From contig CAVYTA010000004.1 of the NCBI GenBank assembly GCA_963771355.1, positions 128,001 through 192,000 on the forward strand: DNA of 64,000 nucleotides, in the 5' to 3' direction. The position numbers and the translations under genes were made by a program. Each line of letters opens with the position of its first letter. The first letter of the stretch is position 1. The notes beneath the pieces are model-generated. The model was not told where the DNA came from. It searched no databases and saw nothing but the letters and a program-made list of their open reading frames with translations. The DNA comes from an uncultured Candidatus Rokubacteria bacterium. Lineage in GTDB: Bacteria > Methylomirabilota > Methylomirabilia > Rokubacteriales > CSP1-6. Positions 9,608 through 21,067 of this stretch are shown one piece after another.

Positions 9608-11293
9608 TCATCCCGCGCGGCCCGCCAAGCTTGCGACGATGGCGGTCAATTCGTCGGGGTCGACCGGCTTGGAGACATGGATGTTGAAACCCGCCATGAG
9701 GCTCCGGATCCGGTCTTCCGGGCGGCCGAACGCGGTCAGCGCCACCGCCGGCGTCTTCCCGCCCCGCTCCGGGGAGAGCGCGCGGATCTTGCGAATGAGC
9801 GTGTAGCCGTCCTCGCCCGGCATCTCGATGTCGGACACGAGCACGTCCGGGCGCCACTGCTCGAGCATGCGGAGCGCCTCCTCCGCCGTCACCGTGCCCC
9901 GAACTTCTCCGCCCGCCTGGGCCAGCACCTCCTGCACCAGCTCCACCGCGGCCGGATCGTCATCGACCACCAGGATGCGGATGCCGACCAGGGAAGGACT
10001 CTCGGGAGGCCCGCCCTTGGCCTGCGCCACCGCGTGCTCGCGGACCCCGGCCACCATCAGGGGCAGCTTCACGACGAAGGTGGCGCCCAGCCCTGGGCCC
10101 GGGCTCTCCGCGAAGACGCTGCCGCCGTGCAGCTCGGCGATGTGGCGAACCAGCGCGAGACCGATGCCCAGTCCCCCATGCGCTCGGCTGCGGGTGCTGT
10201 CTCCCTGGCGCAAGCGATCGAAGATATAGGGCAGGAGCTCCGCGCTGATACCTTGTCCCGTATCGTTCACGACGATCTCGACGTGGGACATGACGTGCTG
10301 AAGCTTGACCAGGACACGGCCCTGCTTCGGCGTGAACTTGACCGCGTTGTACAGCAGGTTCCACACCACTTGCTGGAGCCGACCGGGATCGCCGCTCACC
10401 TGCGCCCCCGGCGAGTCGAGCACCGACTGCAGCTGGATGCCCTTTGCATCCGCTCCCGGCCGGACGGCATCCAGCGCCTCTCCGATGACGTCCGCGACAT
10501 TGACCGGCTGGATGGCCAGCCGCATCCTCCCGCTCACGACGCTCGACATGTCCAGGAGATCGTCGACGAGCCGGACCTGCACCTCGACATTGCGCAGGAT
10601 GATCGCGATCGCTCGGCGTGACTGCTCCTCGCCGAGCTTGCCCGCCTCGAGCAGTCTCGCCCACCCCGACACCGCGTTGAGCGGGTTCCGCAGCTCGTGG
10701 GACAGGGTCATCAGGAACTCGTCCTTCGCCCGGGTCGCCGCTTCGGTGGCGCGGTTCGCCGCCTCGGTGTCTCGCTGCAGATCCGCGCTGTGGAGCGCGA
10801 GCGCGACCTGACCCGCCACCACCTCGGCCGTTCCCACGTCCACGCGATCGTAGGAACCGGCCGACTCCGTCATCGCGAAGGTGATGGCGCCGAGGACGCG
10901 GTCGCGGGCAGTCAGGGGCAGGACGAGCCACGCGCGCGGGCTCAGCTGCTGGAGGCGCCTGAGCTGATCGGCGTTCTGCGCTTCCGTCATGAAGTCGGTC
11001 TCGGTGGCCCCGGAGACCATGACGGGCCGCCCGGAGCGGAGGGCCGCCCGCACGCCAATGGGTGTCTCGTACACGAGGGCTTCTTTCGCCTCGTCCCGGT
11101 GCGTGCAGGCGACGCGGCTGGGGGTGCCGTCCGCGCCGAGGATGTCGATGGCGCACAGGTCGCCCAGGACGGGGACCGCGAGGCGAACGAGCCGGGACAG
11201 CGTGCGGTCACGTCCGAGCGTGGAGGCGAGCAGCGCGCCCACCTCGGCCAGAAGGGACAGACGGCCTTCCAGGGATCGTCGGGAGCGCGTCAT
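9608..11293 (-). CDS. Hybrid histidine kinase (GAF-HisKA-HATPase-REC)
   Basis: AKDEFLMTLSHELRNPL, WNLLYNAVKFT, GGLGIGL, ILVVDDD...DVLVSDIEMP; start uncertain. Confidence 0.93.
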   Translation of the reverse strand: MTRSRRSLEGRLSLLAEVGALLASTLGRDRTLSRLVRLAVPVLGDLCAIDILGADGTPSRVACTHRDEAKEALVYETPIGVRAALRSGRPVMVSGATETDFMTEAQNADQLRRLQQLSPRAWLVLPLTARDRVLGAITFAMTESAGSYDRVDVGTAEVVAGQVALALHSADLQRDTEAANRATEAATRAKDEFLMTLSHELRNPLNAVSGWARLLEAGKLGEEQSRRAIAIILRNVEVQVRLVDDLLDMSSVVSGRMRLAIQPVNVADVIGEALDAVRPGADAKGIQLQSVLDSPGAQVSGDPGRLQQVVWNLLYNAVKFTPKQGRVLVKLQHVMSHVEIVVNDTGQGISAELLPYIFDRLRQGDSTRSRAHGGLGIGLALVRHIAELHGGSVFAESPGPGLGATFVVKLPLMVAGVREHAVAQAKGGPPESPSLVGIRILVVDDDPAAVELVQEVLAQAGGEVRGTVTAEEALRMLEQWRPDVLVSDIEMPGEDGYTLIRKIRALSPERGGKTPAVALTAFGRPEDRIRSLMAGFNIHVSKPVDPDELTAIVASLAGRAG

Positions 11294-11566
11294 ACCAATT
11301 GGCCAGTGTGGTGGAGAGCAATCGAGATGCCGACCGCTCGGTGGAGGGGCGGTCCCAGCGCAAAGCCGCGAATCTTCCGCCATCCTGGTGTGGAGCGGAG
11401 GCCGCGGTTCGCTCAATCCAGGGAAAATATACTGCGTAAGAACCGACATTCACCGGGCTCGAAGGGGGGACTTGCCGTGCGGGGCCGTCCCGGGGTACGG
11501 TCGGGGCGTCGTCGTTGTCCTTCGTACCGGCCTTCCCACAGGCGTTTCGAACGGAGGAGCAAGCCA

Positions 11567-13153
11567 ATGAAGCGAGCGGAGCGTCGCCTCCCGAGGGTGT
11601 TGCTCTTCCTGATCGCCGCGCTCCTGGTCCTGCCCGGATCGAGCGGGGCACAGGCCAAGCCCGATCTCACCATCGCCCTGTCGAGCTTCGCCACCGAGAC
11701 GCTCGATCCGGCGCTGGGCGGGCACCTCGTCAAGTACTACCTCTCCATGATGTTCGACTATCTCGTGGGCACCACGCCCGGACGGCGTGCCCTCGCGCGA
11801 GGGCGGCCTGGCCACGCGCTGGGAGAGCTCGCCCGACCACAAGCGCTGGACCTTCCACCTGCGCCGGGGCGTGAAGTTCCACAACGGCGACGAGTGACGT
11901 CGGAGGACGTGAAGTTCAGCCTCGAGCGCGCGGCGGGGAAGCGGTCCACTACCGGCTATGCGGGCATCCTCCGCACGCTGGTGGCGAGCATCGAGACGCC
12001 GGCGCCCGACCGGTTGGTGATCGTCACCAAGGAGCCGACCCTCATCGTCCCGAACTACCTCTCGCGCGCGCTCTCCACCGAGGGCATGGTGCTGCCGAAG
12101 AAATACATCGAGGCCAACGGAGACGACGGCTTCGCGCGCAAGCCGGTGGGCAGCGGCCCCTACAAGTTCGTGGAGCAGGTGACGGGTTCGCATATCGGCT
12201 CACCGCGGTGGACAGCCACTGGCGGATCGGGACGCCCAAGTACAAGAACATGCTGTTCCGGCTGGTGTCCGAGGAGACGACGCGGATCGCGCTGCTGCGC
12301 CGGGGTGAGGTGGATGTCACCGAGGTGAGCCGCGAGCGCGTCAAGGAGCTGGAGAGGGAGAGCTTTCCTATCCACTTCCGCCGGGAAGAGGCCATCCTCT
12401 CCATGTGGTGGGTCATGGGCCCGGACGGCATGATCCCGCCGATGAAGGACAAGCGGGTACGCGAGGCGATGAACCTCGCCGTCGACCGGACGGAGATCGC
12501 GCAGTCCATCTTCGCGGGTAGCGCGGAGCCCGCCGCCATCCCCCTGGGGCTGTCATGGTCCTTCAAGGAGATCGGGCTCAAGGTCACCCCCGACATGGCT
12601 ATCCCTACGACCCGGTGCGGGCCAAGAAGCTCCTGGCCGACGCGGGGCAGGGGACCGGCTTCAGCACCGACGTCTACGCCTATCAGCTCCCCGGGCTGCC
12701 CGAGGGCAAGGCCTTCGCGGAGGCGGTGAGCGGCGTACTGGGAGAAGATCGGGATCAAGGTCAAGCTGATCCCGGTAGACTATCCCGCCTTCCGCAAGAA
12801 CTGGGTGGACCGGAAGACGCCGGGTGCGATCGGCTACTTCAATATCGCCAACCGCGACTGGATGGGCACCTACGCCCTCATGGAGAAGATGGCCTACTCG
12901 CCGTCCAAGCCCAACGACACCGTGAACGACCCCGAGGTGGACGGGATGATCGCCCAGGTCATCAAGCCAGACCGACCGGGAGAAGATCAACGCGCTCATG
13001 CGGGGCATCTTCACACGGATCCGCGAGCGAGCATCTCGGCATGCCCATCGTCTACCTCCACTCGCCCTACGCGGCGTCCAAGAAGCTCGGGAAGTGGAAT
13101 CCGGGAACGTCATGTACGATCTCTTCTTCGACGAGCTCGCCTCGGGGAAGTAA
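11567..13153 (+). CDS. ABC transporter substrate-binding protein, family 5 (about 8 apparent frameshifts)
   Basis: GGAGGAG RBS and signal peptide; pieces across frames: [57 protein letters not shown]. Confidence 0.85.
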
Positions 13154-13166
13154 GCGACCGTAGCGC

Positions 13167-14087
13167 TTGATTCGCTTCGTCTTCTCGAGGGTGCTGCAGT
13201 CGCTGGTGGCCCTGGCCATTCTGTCGGTCGTCGTCTTCATCCTCGCCAGGGCCACCGGCGATCCCCTCCAGCTCATCCTGCCCATGTCGGCGACCCCGGA
13301 AGACTACGCCGACGCCCGCCAGCTATCTCGGCCTGGATCGGCCTTACGTCGAGCAGTACCTCGCCTTCGTGGGCCGGGCGGTGACCGGCGACTTCGGCAA
13401 TTCGCTCCGCGCCCGCCGGCCGGTGATCGAGCTCATCCAGGAGCGCCTGCCCAACTCGCTGCGTCTGGCCGCCTTCGCCATGGGGATCTCGCTCGCCATC
13501 GCGTTTCCGCTGGGTGTCCTCGCCGCGGTGAAGAAAGGGACCGGGCTCGACCGGACCGCGCAGATGATTGCCGTGCTCGGGCAATCGCTCCCGACCTTCT
13601 GGGTGGCCATCGTGCTGGTGGAGGTGGTGGCGGGGCGGTCCAGTGGCTGCCCGCCGGGGGAAGCGACGGCTTCGCCAGCTATGTCCTGCCCGGCTTCACC
13701 CTGGGCTGGTTCGTGGTGGCGGGCATGATGCGGCTCCTGCGCTCGGGCATGCTGGAGGTGCTGGATTCGGAGTACGTCAAGCTCGCACGCGTGAAGGGCG
13801 TGGTCGAGCATCGCGTGGTGTGGATGCACGCGCTCAAGAACGCGCTCATCCCGGTGGTAACCTTCGCCGGCATCTACTTCTCCATCCTGGTGACGACCGC
13901 CATCGTGGTGGAGACCGTGTTCGCCTGGCCCGGGCTCGGCCGGCTGGCCTATGAAGGCATCAGCTCGCGGGACTTCCCGGTGATCCAGGCGGTGGTGCTC
14001 ACCACCGCCGCCATCGTGGCGGTGGTGAATCTCGGCGTGGACTGCCTCTACGCCGTCATCGATCCGCGGATCCGCCATGCCCGCTGA
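13167..14087 (+). CDS. ABC permease DppB/OppB-like (two compensating frameshifts)
   Basis: GDFGNS..IQERLPNSL in a second frame; EYVKLARVKG, ETVFAWPGLG, DPRIR. Confidence 0.85.
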   Translation: MIRFVFSRVLQSLVALAILSVVVFILARATGDPLQLILPMSATPEDYADARQLSRPGSALRRAVPRLRGPGGDRRLRQFAPRPPAGDRAHPGAPAQLAASGRLRHGDLARHRVSAGCPRRGEERDRARPDRADDCRARAIAPDLLGGHRAGGGGGGAVQWLPAGGSDGFASYVLPGFTLGWFVVAGMMRLLRSGMLEVLDSEYVKLARVKGVVEHRVVWMHALKNALIPVVTFAGIYFSILVTTAIVVETVFAWPGLGRLAYEGISSRDFPVIQAVVLTTAAIVAVVNLGVDCLYAVIDPRIRHAR

Positions 14088-14985
14088 GCCCTTGACGAGG
14101 CGGCCCGCTGTGCGCGCCCCGGACGTCGCCGCGCGGCCCGGGACGCAGGCCGCGCGCGCGCGTCGCCTGCCGGTGGTGTCGCTGGGCATCATCTCGCTGT
14201 TCGTCCTGGTGGCGATCCTGGCGCCGTTGCTCAGCCGCGTCGATCCGCAGGAGCCAGTCGCTGCGGAACCGTTTCAAGCCGCCGGTGTGGATGGAGGGCG
14301 GGTCGTCCAAGCACCTCCTGGGCACCGACCGGCTGGGCCGTGACATGCTCTCGCGCATCATCTGGGGCTCGCGCGTGTCCCTGGCCGCGGGCGTGGTCAC
14401 CGTGCTCCTCGCCAGCGCCTTCGGCGCGGCGGTGGGCCTGGTGGCCGGCTACCACGGCGGGACGGTGGACGCGGTGCTGATGCGCGCCACCGATGCGACC
14501 ATGTCGTTCCCGGTGATCCTGCTCGCGCTCATCCTGGCGGTGACGGTGGGCCCGAGCTTCACCAACGTGGTGGTGGCCATCGCGGTGATCCTCTGGGCCC
14601 GCTATGCGCGCGTGATCCGCGGCCAGGTGCTGACCCTGATGGGGCTCGACTTCATCGCCCAGGCCCGCATCGCGGGAGCGGGCGGCTGGCGCATCATCAC
14701 CCGGCACCTCCTCCCGAACACGCTGAATACGCTCGTGGTGCTGGTGACGCTCCAGATCGGCTACGTGATCATCGTGGAGGCGTCGCTGTCCTTCCTCGGC
14801 GCCGGCATCCCCCCGCCCACCCCGGCCTGGGGCTCCATGATCTCCGAAGGGCGTGAGTTCGTGACGAGCGCCTGGTGGGTGTCGGGCCTGCCCGGGCCTC
14901 GCGATCCTGCTGGTCGTCCTCGCCTTCAATCTGCTCGGGGACTGGCTGCGCGACACTCTGGATCCCGAAGCTGCGCCAGCTCTGA
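14077..14985 (+). CDS. ABC permease DppC/OppC-like (frameshifted)
   Basis: HLLGTDRLGRDMLSR, RHLLPN, EASLSFLG..PPTPAWG, AFNLLGDWLRD. Confidence 0.85.
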
Positions 14986-14999
14986 TCCCGGCTCCGCCC

Positions 15000-15988
15000 G
15001 TGTCCGCCCCCGTCATCGAGGTGCGCGATCTCCGCACCCACCTGGTGACCCGCTGGGGCACCATCCGGGCGGTCGACGGCGTGTCCTTCAGCGTGGCGGA
15101 GGGCGAGACGCTCGGTCTGGTGGGCGAGTCCGGCTCCGGCAAGAGCATGACCTGCTTGAGCCTCGTGCGACTGACGCCCGCGACCGCGGCCTCGCGGATC
15201 GTGGGCGGCGCGGTGCTGCCTCGACGGCGACGAGCTCGCCACCAAGAGCGAGAAGCCGAGATGCAGCGGATCCGCGGCCGGAAGATCGCCATGATCCTCC
15301 AGGACCCGATGAGCTCGCTCAACCCCGTGTTCTCCGTGGGGATGCAGGTGCGCGAGCCGCTCACCATGTACCACGGCCTGCGCGGCGCCACCCTGACCGA
15401 GCGGGCCGCCGCGCTGCTCGCCTCGGTGCGCATGCCGTCCCCGGCGGCGCGGCTGCGCGCCTTTCCCTATCAGCTCTCCGGCGGCATGCGCCAGCGGGTG
15501 GTGGGTGCCATGGCCATCGCGGCGCCGCCGCGCCTCCTCATCGCCGACGAGCCCACCACGAGCCTCGACCTCACCATCCAGGCCCAGTATCTCGGTCTGC
15601 TCGAGGAGCTCCAGGACCGGCACCGCCTCGCCATGATCTTCATCACCCACAACCTCGGGATCGTGTCGCGCATCTGCGACCGGGTGGCGGTGATGTACGC
15701 GGGGCGTATCGTCGAGTCGGGGCCGGTGCGCCGGATCTTCACCGCTCCCGCGCATCCGTATACCCAGGCGCTCCTCGAGTCGATTCCGCGGCTCGGCGAC
15801 CGGACCGACCGCCTCACCGCCATCGAGGGCCAGCCGCCCGATCTCACGCGGCTTCCAGGTGGTTGCTCTTTCGCGCCACGGTGCGTCCGGGTGATGGACC
15901 GGTGTCGCGTGGAGGCGCCGCCCGGAGTTCGCGGCGGGGCCGGGGCAGGTGGCCCGGTGCTGGCTGTGGGCGCCCGGCGGGAGCGTGA
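15000..15988 (+). CDS. ABC ATP-binding protein DppD/OppD-like (frameshifted)
   Basis: GESGSGKS, LSGGMRQR, IADEPTT, HPYT, CSFAPRC. Confidence 0.88.
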
Positions 15989-16990
15989 CGGCCGTGAGCC
16001 CCGCCGTCTCCGCTTCTCGAGGCCTCCGGCCTGGTGAAGCATTTCCCCGTGCGGCGCGGCCTCATGGGCTGGTCGACCGCGGTGGTGCGCGCGGTGGACT
16101 CCGTCTCGTTCACGATCCCGGCGGGGACCACGCTGGGGCTGGTGGGGGAGTCGGGCTGCGGCAAGACCACCACGTCCAAGATGGTGCTCGGGCTGGAGCG
16201 GCCCACCGCGGGGGCCATCCGCTTCGAGGGCGCGGACGTGGCCACGCTGGAGCGGGGCGGGCGCCGGGCCTATCGCCGTGCGGTGCAGGCGGTGTTCCAG
16301 GATCCCTACGCCTCGCTGGATCCGCGCATGCGGGTGGGGACGATCATCGCCGAGCCGCTGGTGATCAACGAGCGGCTCGGGGCGGCGGAGCGCCGCCGGC
16401 GGGTGCGAGAGCTCCTGGACCTCGTGGCCCTGCCCGAGCGCTCGGCCGACCTCTACCCCCACGAGTTCTCGGGCGGGCAGCGCCAGCGCATCGCCATCGC
16501 CCGCGCGCTGGCGCTGTCCCCGCGGCTCATCGTGCTGGACGAGCCGGTGTCCGCGCTCGACGTCTCGATTCGCGCGCAAATTCTCAACCTGCTCCGCGAC
16601 ATCCAGAAGCGGCTGGGCGTGGCCTACCTCTTCATCGCCCACGACCTCGCCGCGGTGGCGCACATGAGCCACAGCATCGCGGTGATGTATCTCGGCAAGA
16701 TCGTCGAGTGGGGGGAGGCGGCGGAGGTGGCGCTCGCGCCCCAGCACCCGTACACGCGGGCGCTCTTCGCGGCGGCGCTGCCCATCGATCTCGATCGGCC
16801 CCGCGAGGAGATCACGCTGGCCGGGGAAGTCCCGAGCGCGATGGCGCCCCCGGACGGCTGCCGCTTTCACCCGCGCTGCCCGCAGGCCATGGCTCGCTGC
16901 GCCACCGAGGAGCCCCGGCTCCAGGTCGTCGGCGGCCGGCTCGTCGCCTGCCACCTCTTCGACGAGGATCCCGCCCGCCGGTCCCGCTGA
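15985..16990 (+). CDS. ABC ATP-binding protein DppF/OppF-like (N-terminal frameshift near 16010)
   Basis: GESGCGKT, FSGGQRQR, DEPVSALD, GCRFHPRC...VACH. Confidence 0.9.
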
Positions 16991-17932
16991 CTAGAGGTCT
17001 ACTCGAGGCACGCGGCTCGCCTCGAGCGCGGCCTTCATGGTGGCGATCTCCTCCGCCGAGGGCGGGAGCACCGGTGGGCGCACCAGCGCGCTGCGGAAGA
17101 GGCCGCGCATGGCCATGCCCACCTTCATGCGCGCGTGCGCGTCGCCGGAGGGCTCGCCGGCGCCGTACACCGCTTCCTTGACGGGCCAGATCAGGTCGTT
17201 GAGCGCGCGGGCCCGCGTCAGGTCGTCGGCCTGCATGGCCTCCAGGAGCGCGTGGGTGAGCTCCGGAATGAGGCTCGCGCAGCCCACCAGCGTCCCGTCC
17301 AGGCGGTGCACGAAGGTGGGGAAGAGGTACTCGTCCATGCAGTTGAGGAGCGAGACGTGCGGCGCGTCGGCGCGAAGCGCGCGGATGTCCCGCTCGTACT
17401 TGCCGAGGTCGCGCTCGCCCATCTTGAAGCCCTTCACCTGGGGCAGGCCGGCCAGCCGGGTCATCAGCTTGGTGGAGTACGACGCCTTCGTGTTCGCCGG
17501 ATAGACATGGACGATGATGTCGAGCCCGCTCTCCGCGCCGATGGCCTTGAAATACTCGTAGACCGCGTCTTCCTTCACGCCGAAGCGCAGCCACATGTGA
17601 CACGGCATCACGTCCACGGTGTCGGCGCCGGCGTGGGCGGCGGCCTTGGCGTGCTCGATGGCCTCGAAAGTGCCCTCCGAGCACACCGCGGACACCACGC
17701 GCACCCGCCCCCGCACCGCCTCGGCGACCACGCGGGTGACCTCGGCGCGCTCCTCCGGGAGCAGCGACCCCACCTCGCCGGTATGGCCATTGGTCATGAC
17801 GGCGGTGACGCCCGGGCAGCCGGCCAACCAGCGGGCGAAGCGGGCGAGCCCGTCGCCGTCCAGCTTGAAGTCGTCGCGGAAGGGAATGGCCATCGCGGGG
17901 ATGACGCCGCGGAACGCCCGGTCACCGGTCAT
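16991..17932 (-). CDS. DHDPS/NAL family class I aldolase-like protein
   Basis: GVIPAMAIPF, NGHTGE, Schiff-base Lys in GFKMG; GGAGG RBS. Confidence 0.88.
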   Translation of the reverse strand: MTGDRAFRGVIPAMAIPFRDDFKLDGDGLARFARWLAGCPGVTAVMTNGHTGEVGSLLPEERAEVTRVVAEAVRGRVRVVSAVCSEGTFEAIEHAKAAAHAGADTVDVMPCHMWLRFGVKEDAVYEYFKAIGAESGLDIIVHVYPANTKASYSTKLMTRLAGLPQVKGFKMGERDLGKYERDIRALRADAPHVSLLNCMDEYLFPTFVHRLDGTLVGCASLIPELTHALLEAMQADDLTRARALNDLIWPVKEAVYGAGEPSGDAHARMKVGMAMRGLFRSALVRPPVLPPSAEEIATMKAALEASRVPRVDL

Positions 17933-18117
17933 CGGATGAGTCCTCCAGTCGAGACCCTACCCGAGAAGCCGGCAGGCGGTCAATGCGTTCACCGGTGTGA
18001 TCGCGCAGTGGTCAGCAAGCGTCAAATCCCGGCAGCATCCCTGCGCAGCAGTGGTAAGCTGGTGATGACCACGTCGCTAAGTCCTCTTCGTGTCGGCATT
18101 CTCTCGGCGCGTTCGAG

Positions 18118-18133
18118 TGGCACGACATCCGCA
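18118..18133 (+). promoter_or_regulatory. Putative sigma54 promoter
   Basis: TGGCACGACATCCGCA (GG-N10-GC); GCAGTGGT(C/A)AGC direct repeats at 18005 and 18048. Confidence 0.55.
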
Positions 18134-18162
18134 TAGCACTCGCGCATGGGAGATCTCAGATC

Positions 18163-18330
18163 ATGTCGACCGAGCTAGCCGCGTATGTGCTCTTGCTGTC
18201 CCTGCCGGTATGGCTCCTGGTGGAGCAGCTGATTCACCTCCGGACGGGGTATCGGAAAGAGCGGCCGAGGCGTGCCACAGAGGCGCCGAAGCTGCCCCTG
18301 CCCCAGGCCTTGCGTTCCGGCCAAAAATGA
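18163..18330 (+). CDS. 55-aa single-TM hypothetical protein
   Basis: MSTELAAYVLLLSLPVWLLVEQLIHLRTG...; GGGAGA RBS-like sequence; fills an intergenic gap behind a sigma54 motif. Confidence 0.55.
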   Translation: MSTELAAYVLLLSLPVWLLVEQLIHLRTGYRKERPRRATEAPKLPLPQALRSGQK

Positions 18331-18399
18331 TATGGTGTGGCCCTCCCCGGGGTGCCGCGGCGATCGAGCCGCCGCCGCGGGCGGGAAAGGAGGGCCGCC

Positions 18400-19577
18400 A
18401 TGGACCTGAACTACAACGCCGAGGAGCTCGCCTTCCGTGACGAGGTGCGGAGCTGGCTGCGCGGCAATCTCCCCGCCGAGCTCCGCCAGAAGGTGGAGAG
18501 CTACCAGGAGCTCTCCAAGGAGGACCTCCTCCGCTGGCACCGCATCCTCGCCGACAAGGGCTGGGTGGCGCCCGACTGGCCGAAGGAGTGGGGCGGCACC
18601 GACTGGACGGTGACCCAGCGGTACATCTTCGAGGAGGAGTGCGGCTTCGCGGCCACCCCGCCGCTGGTGGCCTTCAGCCTCCGCATGTGCGCGCCGGTGC
18701 TGCTGCGCTTCGGCACCGACGCGCAGAAGCAGCGCTTCCTGCCCCGCATCTACAAGGGCGAGGACTTCTGGTGCCAGGGCTATTCCGAGCCCGGCTCCGG
18801 CTCCGACCTCGCCTCGCTGAAGACGAAGGCGGTGAAGGACAACGGCCACTACGTGGTTACCGGCCAGAAGATCTGGACCACGCTCGCGCACTATGCCGAC
18901 TGGATCTTCTGCCTGGTACGCACCGACGCCTCCAAGGAGAAGCGGCAGGACGGCATCTCCTTCCTCCTCATCGACATGAAGACCCCCGGCATCACGGTGA
19001 GACCCATCATCTTGATGGACGGCGGGCACGAGACCAACGAGGTGTTCTTCGACGACGTGAAGGTGCCGGCGGAAAATCTCGTCCACGAAGAAGGCAAGGG
19101 CTGGACGGTGGCCAAGTACCTCCTCGGCTACGAGCGCATGGGCACCGGCCGCATCGGGGCCTCCAAGCGCGAGCTGGCCCGGCTCAAGGAGCTGGCCGCG
19201 CACCACACCAAGAACGGCAAGCCCATCCTCGACGACCCCCGCTTTCGCGACCGGCTCACCCGCGTGGAGGTGGAGCTGATGGCGCTGGAGATCACCAACC
19301 TGCGCTTCCTCGACCAGATGCGCCGCAGCGGCAAGCCCCCCGGCGCGGACGTCTCCATGCTCAAGATCAAGGGCACCGAGATCCAGCAGGCCATCACCGA
19401 GCTGATGATGCAGGCGGCCGGCCCGCTGGCCCAGGCTTATCGCCCGGTGGACGCCATGGACTTCGACCACTTCACCGCCCGGCTGGCCCCGCGCTACTGC
19501 AACATGCGCAAGGCGACGATCTACGCCGGCTCCAACGAGATCCAGCGGAACATCATTGCGAAGGCGACGCTCGGGCT

Positions 19578-19581
<4 letters not shown>
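18400..19581 (+). CDS. pimC: Acyl-CoA dehydrogenase, PimC-like large subunit
   Basis: WCQGYSEPGSGSDLASL, GQKIWTT, TIYAGSNEIQRNII; AAGGAGG RBS. Confidence 0.88.
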
Positions 19582-20735
<1,154 letters not shown>

Positions 20736-20767
20736 CGGGGGCGCCGGGGGACGCGCCGGCGCCCCCG
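20736..20767. terminator. GC-rich hairpin between convergent genes
   Basis: CGGGGGCGCCGG / CCGGCGCCCCCG 12-bp stem with 8-nt loop, no U-tract. Confidence 0.5.
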
Positions 20768-20773
20768 GGCGCC

Positions 20774-20836
20774 CTACTTCTTCTTCTCCTTCTTCGGCTT
20801 TTTCTTCTCCTTCCGCATTCCAGTGCCCTTGGCCAT
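20774..20836 (-). CDS. 20-aa Lys-rich microprotein MAKGTGMRKEKKKPKKEKKK
   Basis: ATG..TAG ORF, purine-rich RBS GAGAGGGGGTG, perfect TATAAT at 20881-20886, hairpin immediately downstream. Confidence 0.65.
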   Translation of the reverse strand: MAKGTGMRKEKKKPKKEKKK

Positions 20837-21067
20837 GAACTCACCCCCTCTCTCGCGCGCGGCGCGCGCGTCTGTCCGGGATTATAGGCCGCGATCCCGC
20901 GGCTTGACCAAGAAGTCATGGCGGTGACATCATCCCGCCACCGTTCCGAGGGCGCCGCCGCCGAAAAGGAGCCCGCCATGAAGGATTCCGCGCCCGACGA
21001 GGTGCCGCAGCGATAAGCGCGCGGTCGCTCGCGCTCCTCGCCGCCGGCCGTCTCGCTCGCCGCGCGG

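Noticed and set aside
20978..21016. 12-aa ORF MKDSAPDEVPQR with AAGGAG RBS
   Set aside because: More simply the true start of the downstream membrane protein disrupted by indels
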